Below are positions 13,888-20,000 of a stretch of DNA of 20,000 nt, one piece after another (the first letter of the stretch is position 1; each line of letters opens with the position of its first letter). Below the pieces are notes generated by a model that was not told the DNA's origin, ran no database searches, and worked only from the letters and a program-made list of their open reading frames with translations. The translations under genes were made by a program, and so were the position numbers. Source of the DNA: an uncultured virus (IMG/VR IMGVR_UViG_3300038335_000131) (lineage: Duplodnaviria; Heunggongvirae; Uroviricota; Caudoviricetes); the IMG/VR virus record IMGVR_UViG_3300038335_000131, positions 52,319 through 72,318 of that record. The stretch is one strand, 5' to 3'.

Positions 13888-15696
13888 TTATCCTGTCGCT
13901 TCCATTGTTTCTTGACCCTTGACCCATGACCCTTCAATAATCGCCCCGATCACCTCCTCCGCTTCGTTTACTGTGATGCCTTGCTCGTATTTTTCGCGCA
14001 GTTCGTTATTCAGCGCCGGTGTGATGACACCGATCTCCGCGCGTAATTGCTTTAATAATTCGGTAAAGGATATGCGCCGCGTGGCAATGCCGCGCGAAAT
14101 TTGGGATGCATCCACCGGCGTTGCTGTGTTAACCGGCAATTCAGGTTCTTTGATTTCCAGCGGTGTGCCTTTGCGTTCGATAAATTCGATGTTGCCGACT
14201 TTATCGGCGTGATTTCCGAAGACTTTAAGCGGCGACTCAAAGCCGACAGGCGGGGCCACGGCCATGCGTTTGTCGCCGGTGCCTTTCCATGTGATGCCCC
14301 AACTTTCAGCTTTGCCTTCCATTTCTGTTTTTGCTTTTTGCGTTTCGGTATACTTCGGTGTTTTGTATTCGCCGTAGGGCGTACCATTGCTCACTCTTCC
14401 ATAGATGTCTTCAGGAATAGGCTCACACAGCCAGACGTTGCCGTTAAAATGTACTTCGACATTCGGGTATTCATAAGGATGCCGTACAACGTTGACTTTC
14501 TGGCCAGCAGCCATTGAATCAGGAATCTGATAGTGGCGATTGTCCACGCTGATCAGCCGCGATCCGTCCGCTATCCTGGTGATCGTCGGCTCTTTGATGA
14601 GCAGGCGGTAAAGTTCCTCTTCCGGGCACAGCCGCAGTTGCTGGGCCGTGATGTTTGACCACATGTTTGATCGGGGAGCGACGCCGCGCATTTTCTTTTC
14701 GGCATTGACCCATATGCACCAATCCAGCGCCCAGCGGTTAAGTTCATCCAATCCTGATGGACGCTGAAATTTGAGGCCGGATTCAAAGGTATTGATGTAA
14801 TGCATCAGGCCTTCGATTGCGCCCTTCGCGCGCGGGTTGCCCGGCATGTGCAGTTGCAGATCGATTCTCAGGGCTTCCATGAGCGCCTGATTGGATTTTG
14901 CCGTGAGGATGGAACCTCGGTCGGATACGAGTATGAAGGGAACGCCGTGGAATTTGTATTGGCCGAGCTTCGCGCCGGATTCGCCGTTCCACGTTTTTTT
15001 TATAAGGTCGTCTTTGGGCCGCATGGCGCGGAAAAGAAAATCGGAGCCGTCCGCCGCACGTTCGCCGGACGCGTAATAATAAAGGAAGAAAAAAGCCCCG
15101 GAGCAGTGATCAACCACGGCGTAGCGGAGGAGTTCTTTTTTGATTGGTTTGTCGCGCAGGGTCTTGACGATTTTGTTTTTGTACATGGTCATTTGGAGGT
15201 CGCGCTCACCCATGCCTTTTTTATCATCGAGAAAATATTGAAGGCAGTTGGTAACATCGAATTGCCAGACCTGATTCGGATGCTCGGAAAGCAGGCGCTG
15301 GTGCGGCGATGGCCGGAGTAAGTCTTTTGCCGATATTTGCTCTTCCCGGAGCCTCGCGACAAACCGGTTGGTGGAAACACCGCCCGTCTCAATCCCGGAA
15401 TCTTCCAGAATCATTTTTGCGTAGCAGGCTGGCAGGGGGATTTCGTTGGATGTGCGTCTGGATGTCAGCATAAGCGTTGATGCGTTGAGAAGAATCTCAC
15501 GCGATGCGCTTGATTGACCTTTTGTTTTGCGCTCCTTCCGAAACCGAATCCCCCGCGCCGCCGCGTAACGATTGATGCTGGCCGGTGTGACACCGTAATG
15601 CGCTGCTAGTTTCTTTGTTTTTTGTGCAGCTTCTTTGGGCGTGAGGCCGCGCAGGCTTGATTCTACGTGGTTTAAAATGGTTTCCGATACTGCCAT
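13888..15696 (-). CDS. DDE transposase (MuA-equivalent)
   Basis: HPNQVWQFD, VVDHCSG, LVSDRGS and NPRAKGAIE catalytic-core motifs, plus an N-terminal HTH. Confidence 0.93.
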   Translation of the reverse strand: MAVSETILNHVESSLRGLTPKEAAQKTKKLAAHYGVTPASINRYAAARGIRFRKERKTKGQSSASREILLNASTLMLTSRRTSNEIPLPACYAKMILEDSGIETGGVSTNRFVARLREEQISAKDLLRPSPHQRLLSEHPNQVWQFDVTNCLQYFLDDKKGMGERDLQMTMYKNKIVKTLRDKPIKKELLRYAVVDHCSGAFFFLYYYASGERAADGSDFLFRAMRPKDDLIKKTWNGESGAKLGQYKFHGVPFILVSDRGSILTAKSNQALMEALRIDLQLHMPGNPRAKGAIEGLMHYINTFESGLKFQRPSGLDELNRWALDWCIWVNAEKKMRGVAPRSNMWSNITAQQLRLCPEEELYRLLIKEPTITRIADGSRLISVDNRHYQIPDSMAAGQKVNVVRHPYEYPNVEVHFNGNVWLCEPIPEDIYGRVSNGTPYGEYKTPKYTETQKAKTEMEGKAESWGITWKGTGDKRMAVAPPVGFESPLKVFGNHADKVGNIEFIERKGTPLEIKEPELPVNTATPVDASQISRGIATRRISFTELLKQLRAEIGVITPALNNELREKYEQGITVNEAEEVIGAIIEGSWVKGQETMEATG

Positions 15697-15697
15697 A

Positions 15698-15847
15698 TCA
15701 TTTACTCCGAGTGATTATTCGCGCTGGTTTTTTTCCATGCTTTTTTAATTCCGCAATGGCGTTATTTACGCTGAAGCCAGGCCAAACATGTTTTAATTCC
15801 CGGTTGCGGAAATCTAGGATCACTATATGAGGTCTTCTTTTTCCCAT
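15698..15847 (-). CDS. Small basic protein (49 aa), below the ORF-track cutoff
   Basis: MGKRRPHIVILDFRNRELKHVWPGFSVNNAIAELKKHGKKPARIITRSK. It ends 1 nt before the transposase ATG. Confidence 0.6.
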   Translation of the reverse strand: MGKRRPHIVILDFRNRELKHVWPGFSVNNAIAELKKHGKKPARIITRSK

Positions 15848-15872
15848 TCACTATTCACCCTTCACTGTTCAC
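15845..15872 (-). repeat. GTGAANN heptamer array (4 units) at a gene junction
   Basis: Minus strand gtgaaca gtgaagg gtgaata gtgaatg. The first unit gives the TGA stop and the last gives the ATG. Confidence 0.9.
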
Positions 15873-16879
15873 TTCTTGGTCTTCTTCGCCTTCCGCTCTT
15901 CCATCTTCGCCGCCACTTTCTTACCCATGCCCTTGCCCGCTGTCATGGGCAGGTTGTCGATAAGCACGTCGGTAGCAGGAAGTTCAAATTCGGAAATTTC
16001 CCAGGGAACCTCTTCTGCATTTTTGTATTCTTCATGCAGGCCCAGGCGCTCTTCCATCGTGACTTTGGACATGAATATATAAAGGTAGTAGAGCTGACGC
16101 AGGACGACTTCCGGCGCTTTGTGCGGAATGATTTTTTTCTTGATGTCGGATACTGTGGTGAGGAAATCTTTTTGCATCTGGATGAGCATGTCCACGCCTT
16201 CCTGCTCTTCCTCGGTGAGTTCGGATTTTTCGACCGTGCGCTCCAGGCGTTTTAGTTCGCGCTCCATTTTATTGATGGTGTCTTCCTTTGATTTAAGGAG
16301 GCGCTCTTTTGTGCGGAGCGTGGTGTCGGCCTCGTCTTTTTCTTTTTTGTGGTTCTCTTCGAGGGTCTCTATTAGGGATTGAATCTCTTCGGCGTGTTCC
16401 TGATCGACCGGGATTGTTTCGCCATTATAGGTAATGGCATTTCCGTTAATTCCGGAGTTTACCTCCGCATTTGAATCACCTAAATACTTGATTTTATTTA
16501 ATGTGACTCCAGAAAACCGGAGGAAATCCTCCAGAAATTCGACTTTGAATGGCTTTAAATCTGCAAGCTGTTCATCAATCCATCGGCGGTTTTCACCCAC
16601 ATATTCACAAAATTTTTCCCAGGACATATCAAAGAGATCACGATATGCTTTTGATTCCTTGATTTCTTTCATCTTTAATAGATAAAAAAAGCCTGATTGT
16701 GATTTTTGAAATTTCAGAGTTTTAATAGAACCAGCACCCTCAAAAATTTTCGCTATTGCCGCTTCTTTATCTTTCTGTTTTTGTTCGGCTGTCTTTTCCA
16801 TGTCGCGCTTTATTTTCTCAGTGCCTTCGGCATGCTTCTCCATTGCGTTGGTTAATAATTCCGCCTCTCGTTTTGACAT
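15869..16879 (-). CDS. Coiled-coil early protein upstream of the transposase (DUF3102-like position)
   Basis: 336 aa with MKEIKESKAYR...SWEKFCEYVG and a long coiled coil. The family assignment rests on synteny only. Confidence 0.7.
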   Translation of the reverse strand: MSKREAELLTNAMEKHAEGTEKIKRDMEKTAEQKQKDKEAAIAKIFEGAGSIKTLKFQKSQSGFFYLLKMKEIKESKAYRDLFDMSWEKFCEYVGENRRWIDEQLADLKPFKVEFLEDFLRFSGVTLNKIKYLGDSNAEVNSGINGNAITYNGETIPVDQEHAEEIQSLIETLEENHKKEKDEADTTLRTKERLLKSKEDTINKMERELKRLERTVEKSELTEEEQEGVDMLIQMQKDFLTTVSDIKKKIIPHKAPEVVLRQLYYLYIFMSKVTMEERLGLHEEYKNAEEVPWEISEFELPATDVLIDNLPMTAGKGMGKKVAAKMEERKAKKTKK

Positions 16880-17185
16880 TTATCTCTCCTCCAGTTCTGT
16901 TAATTTTTTATCAATGACATCTCTGTCGTTTAATAATTGCGCTATTTTCTTCGCCCGGAATCCCGCCATCTTCATTCCGATGATGTAGCCGTCACCGATC
17001 TTTTCAACCCAGCGCATTTCCGTCATCGTCCCGACCTGACGGAAACAACTATCAACGCTCAATCCGGTCGCGCGCGCTATATCCGTGACGCTGATCGGTT
17101 CCTTTGCGTCTCGAATGACTTCAAGAATTTGATCCGTCACCATGATCACTTCAATTTTTCTGCAACTCTTTGCCGCCATCGCCAT
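16880..17185 (-). CDS. IclR-type HTH DNA-binding protein
   Basis: ILEVI...ISVTDIARATGLSVDSCFRQVGTM...WVEK. AAGGAGG SD before ATG 17185/17179. Confidence 0.8.
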   Translation of the reverse strand: MAMAAKSCRKIEVIMVTDQILEVIRDAKEPISVTDIARATGLSVDSCFRQVGTMTEMRWVEKIGDGYIIGMKMAGFRAKKIAQLLNDRDVIDKKLTELEER

Positions 17186-17195
17186 CGCCTCCTTA

Positions 17196-17399
17196 TTATT
17201 TAGTCTCAACGCCCATCAGCTTCACGAAGCCACGTTTATCCCGGAAGTAGTCACCCTTGCCCGGTTTGAAATGACAAACAGCCACGGTGCTCTCCACCTC
17301 GACATCAATCGCCATGTCCGCTGGAAATTGTTTCAATGCTTTAATGAGTTCCCCGACATTCTTTGTTTCAATCGCGTTAATTATTTTCGACATCGCCAT
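17196..17399 (-). CDS. Small hypothetical protein
   Basis: AAGGAG SD before ATG 17399/17393 (MSKIINAIETKNVGELIKALKQFPADM). The track start at 17582 overlaps the next gene. Confidence 0.7.
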   Translation of the reverse strand: MAMSKIINAIETKNVGELIKALKQFPADMAIDVEVESTVAVCHFKPGKGDYFRDKRGFVKLMGVETK

Positions 17400-17412
17400 C
17401 TCTCCTTTTTTT

Positions 17413-17916
17413 TTAATTTGATTCGACCAGGGCTTTCTCCAGCCCTTTGAGTTCCTGATTTTTTTTTGTGATTTCTTCTTTGAGTAATCCGATGCGCGCG
17501 CGGACAACATCCTTGCCTTTGAGCGCTTTGTAATTGCCCGCCTCCGCCTGAATAAAAAGGATTTCCCAGTCGCCGGTGACAAAGCAAAACGCCGGAATTA
17601 TTTCTCCAGGCATGCCCCATCGTTTATTGCCGTTAAAATCAATGCCTTCATTTGACAGATCGCGTGATTCCGCCGTCCAGCCGTCGAGCGTGCTTTTGGG
17701 CACCTCTATGCCGGTGAGTTTGTAAATCTCGGCGCAAAGATCTATGCGCCCTTTTCCGGGATTGTTTTTTACGTAATTGTCAACTGCTTTAGAGGCGGCG
17801 TGGCGTAAACGCATGCCGATAGCCATACTGCCTGGACTTGGCGGTGAATCAGGCTCTAAAAGAGCAAATAAATTAGCCTGCTTTTCGTTGTCAATTTGTT
17901 TGTGTTTTTTTGACAT
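17413..17916 (-). CDS. Phage early regulatory-type protein
   Basis: 167 aa with TLDGWTAESR and IPAFCFVTG motifs reminiscent of Mu-like early genes. GAGG SD present. Confidence 0.7.
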   Translation of the reverse strand: MSKKHKQIDNEKQANLFALLEPDSPPSPGSMAIGMRLRHAASKAVDNYVKNNPGKGRIDLCAEIYKLTGIEVPKSTLDGWTAESRDLSNEGIDFNGNKRWGMPGEIIPAFCFVTGDWEILFIQAEAGNYKALKGKDVVRARIGLLKEEITKKNQELKGLEKALVESN

Positions 17917-17954
17917 TGCATTCCTCGCTATTTTTGGTAAGATAAAATCAAAAT

Positions 17955-18215
17955 TTAAGCGGCCTTCCTGGGGAATAATTCTTCCTCCGGTTTGCCGAGT
18001 TTCGCGGCTATTAGTTGCTTAATTTTTGCGATCTTTTTTCCGTTGCGGGCGACGCCCTTTTTATGCCCGCGAATAACTTGCGATACGAGCGCTCCTGATG
18101 CTTCGGCCTCTTTCGCAATGTCTTGCAGTTCGATTTCGTCGCCTCTGAGGGCAAGTAATGATTTGATGTAGCGGTATCTCTTTTGGTCGTCTTTGGTTAA
18201 GTGTTTTACTTTCAT
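17955..18215 (-). CDS. Ner/Cro-like HTH protein
   Basis: IKSLLALRG...LQDIAKEAEASGALVSQVIRG...IAAKLGKPEEELFP. Divergent from the repressor. Likely start is ATG 18215. Confidence 0.8.
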   Translation of the reverse strand: MKVKHLTKDDQKRYRYIKSLLALRGDEIELQDIAKEAEASGALVSQVIRGHKKGVARNGKKIAKIKQLIAAKLGKPEEELFPRKAA

Positions 18216-18222
18216 GATTGAA

Positions 18223-18252
18223 CTTATAAACTGCAAAACGCAGTATTGTCAA
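18223..18252 (-). promoter_or_regulatory. Putative early promoter with an operator-like inverted repeat
   Basis: Minus strand TTGACA (18252-18247), 18-nt spacer, TATAAG. The spacer contains actgc-aaaac-gcagt (18230-18244). Confidence 0.55.
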
Positions 18253-18268
18253 GGAAAAATATCGCAAT

Positions 18269-18880
18269 ATGCATTCTTTTTCTGAAATAGTTGAGAAGAT
18301 TAAGGAATTAAAGGGGCTTAAACATGATTATGAAGTCGCTGAATTACTTAATATTAAACAAAATACCATCAGCACCAATAAAAATAGAAATAGTATCTCA
18401 ATTAAAAAAATTACTGCATTTTGCCATAAAGAGGGCATATCATTAAATTGGTTATTACATGATGAAGGGCCGATGAAAATCTCTACAAAAAATTATCCAG
18501 AGAATCATGGTTCTCTTAATACATATATGTTAAGTGAAAATAAAAAAAACTCCTATCCAGTTACTTCTCCATCAGGTTCTAATGATTCCGGTATTGAACC
18601 GTCTCTTCAAGCGATGTCAGATATCAAGGAAATTTTTGATTCTGGCGACCCTATTCTTATTCCCGCTATTCAGGCAAACTTAAATGCGTTCAAACGTGCT
18701 CTTTTACGCGAACGACAATTCGCGCAGGTCATCGACGAAAATAAAGATTTAAGATCAAGGATTGTCAAACTGGAAAATTTATGCAAATCTCTACAGGGAA
18801 AAGTAAATCGTCTCACGGCTACATATGAAGACCCAGAAGGAGATTCAAAGGATTGCTCAAATCACGATACCAAAAAATAG
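18269..18880 (+). CDS. CI-like phage repressor (N-terminal HTH)
   Basis: IVEKIKELKGLKHDYEVAELLNIKQNTISTNKNRNSI...GISLNWLLHDEGPM. Divergent from the ner-like gene. Confidence 0.85.
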   Translation: MHSFSEIVEKIKELKGLKHDYEVAELLNIKQNTISTNKNRNSISIKKITAFCHKEGISLNWLLHDEGPMKISTKNYPENHGSLNTYMLSENKKNSYPVTSPSGSNDSGIEPSLQAMSDIKEIFDSGDPILIPAIQANLNAFKRALLRERQFAQVIDENKDLRSRIVKLENLCKSLQGKVNRLTATYEDPEGDSKDCSNHDTKK

Positions 18881-18923
18881 GGAATGTGATATATCTGAAT
18901 TAATACAAATTGGATCATAAACC

Positions 18924-19460
18924 ATGAAAAAAATAATTATCTTTATTGTTTTGTTATTTTTATATTCTGGTGTCGTCAACGCCGAAGGAATGTTCCCTGG
19001 TTTAAATAAAAAGATAGAACATCACTCACTGGGCACCACCATTAAATCTGAAATATCTATTAAAAATATATTGCGCGAGGCTAACCTTGATTTTAAAGTA
19101 GAGGATGCTTTACCAAACGATGGGACACCTAGACGAATTATTACCGCGAAAAAAACTGGAGCTATTTTAAATATTAATGGAAGGCCCGATGTGATTTCTT
19201 CTTTTGTTATTATTGTCCCTACTGATGACAATATCGTAAATCTTAATTCGCTCCTTGTAATGGGGGCCGCTTTAGATACTTTTTGCACCCATAATTCATC
19301 AGATGGTGGCAAATTGTTTTTACAAAAATATTCAAATTTTATCAGTAGTAATAAATTAAAATGTAATGGAATAGTTGGTAAGTGTAAGTATGAAATGATT
19401 CAAAGTGAAAAAAAAGCAAAAAGTCAATTATTTATAGTTACTTTTGAACCTAAAAATTAA
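18924..19460 (+). CDS. Secreted hypothetical protein (AT-rich accessory gene)
   Basis: Signal peptide MKKIIIFIVLLFLYSGVVNA, 178 aa. Confidence 0.75.
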   Translation: MKKIIIFIVLLFLYSGVVNAEGMFPGLNKKIEHHSLGTTIKSEISIKNILREANLDFKVEDALPNDGTPRRIITAKKTGAILNINGRPDVISSFVIIVPTDDNIVNLNSLLVMGAALDTFCTHNSSDGGKLFLQKYSNFISSNKLKCNGIVGKCKYEMIQSEKKAKSQLFIVTFEPKN

Positions 19461-19481
19461 AATGTTTTTAAAAAGGTGACC

Positions 19482-20000
19482 ATGAAAAAGTTTATATTAT
19501 TAATTACTATATTTTTCTTTTGTTTTACGGCGCTCGTAACTGCAGAAGTGAAGAATGATAACGATTTATTAAAAATACTCAACAATCCTAAAATTATAAA
19601 AGATAAATACTCACCCGATCCGAACGTTAAAATCATCAAAATGACTTTCACAAAAAAGGTATCTAATGAATGGGCCGATATATGGGAGGTTGAAACAACA
19701 TTGAAAAATTGTTATAAAATGAATGTTAGTTGTCATATATATGGTTCTTTTGAGTATAATGATGATTATTCTTATAATAATGACATGGATGAGTCTTGGG
19801 GTGTGTTTAGTGGTTTGGCTATAAAAAAACAAGATATCTGGATTGATAAAGAAGTGATTAAAATAATGAAAAAAAAAGAAAAATATATTGACCTATTTAA
19901 GATAAGAATAACCTGTGATCCTATTTATTCTGAACATTCTAATGAATATTATGGTGGCCATAAATATTGGAAGCAATTTGCACCGGGAAAATGTGAGTAA
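19482..20000 (+). CDS. Secreted hypothetical protein (AT-rich accessory gene)
   Basis: AGGTG SD then ATG 19482. Signal peptide MKKFILLITIFFFCFTALVTA. Stop at 19998-20000. Confidence 0.75.
   Translation: MKKFILLITIFFFCFTALVTAEVKNDNDLLKILNNPKIIKDKYSPDPNVKIIKMTFTKKVSNEWADIWEVETTLKNCYKMNVSCHIYGSFEYNDDYSYNNDMDESWGVFSGLAIKKQDIWIDKEVIKIMKKKEKYIDLFKIRITCDPIYSEHSNEYYGGHKYWKQFAPGKCE

Larger units (their letters stand above)
1..20000. mobile_element. Mu-like transposable (pro)phage, internal segment from the repressor region to the head protease gene
   Basis: Mu-type gene order: repressor, ner-like, transposase, ATPase, gam, gemA, mor/C, lysis, terminase, portal, F, G-like, I protease. No terminus is visible in the window. 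Confidence 0.95.

Noticed and set aside
31..17999. Numerous plus-strand and alternate-frame ORFs in the track (e.g. 259..651, 4409..5017, 14800..15321)
   Set aside because: They are shadows of well-supported minus-strand phage genes and have no recognisable motifs.
18853..18903. Short overlapping frame ending GNVIYLN after the repressor's A6 run (possible frameshift extension or micro-ORF)
   Set aside because: Only 16 codons, with a weak TTG start and no stimulatory structure.
19457..19832. Minus-strand hydrophobic ORFs 19457..19651 and 19611..19832
   Set aside because: They are antisense to a signal-peptide gene in AT-rich DNA, and their hydrophobicity is a compositional artefact.
1..20000. 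Diversity-generating retroelement, retron, invertase system, tRNA or Mu end sequences
   Set aside because: I saw no reverse transcriptase or recombinase ORF, no TR/VR pair, no cloverleaf, and no terminal TG...CA with repeated transposase sites.

Overview
The whole window is part of a Mu-like (transposable) phage or prophage, mostly encoded on the minus strand. From right to left it carries: two AT-rich secreted-protein genes and a CI-like repressor (+ strand); a divergent Ner/Cro-like HTH gene; early genes including an IclR-type HTH protein, a DDE transposase and a MuB/ExeA-like AAA ATPase; a semi-essential region (wHTH, Gam, small Cys-rich and membrane proteins, ASCH/DUF3850, GemA, Mor/C activator); a terminator; a lysis module (signal-peptide GH108 endolysin, overlapping Rz/Rz1 spanins); a TraR/DksA zinc finger; small and large terminase; a portal fused to a Mu-F-like head domain; an HK97-gp10-like gene; and the Mu I/Z protease-scaffold gene, which runs off the left edge. 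No phage end is visible. The most unusual signal is at gene junctions. Seven period-7 GTGAANN arrays and several REP-like palindromes of three families (GTCATTCC..GGAATCCA, CCTC..GAGG, GTAG-tagged) sit at or near gene boundaries. Most supply a stop codon, start codon or Shine-Dalgarno sequence, and several are translated as protein inserts. All family assignments come from motif recognition and synteny, not from database searches.
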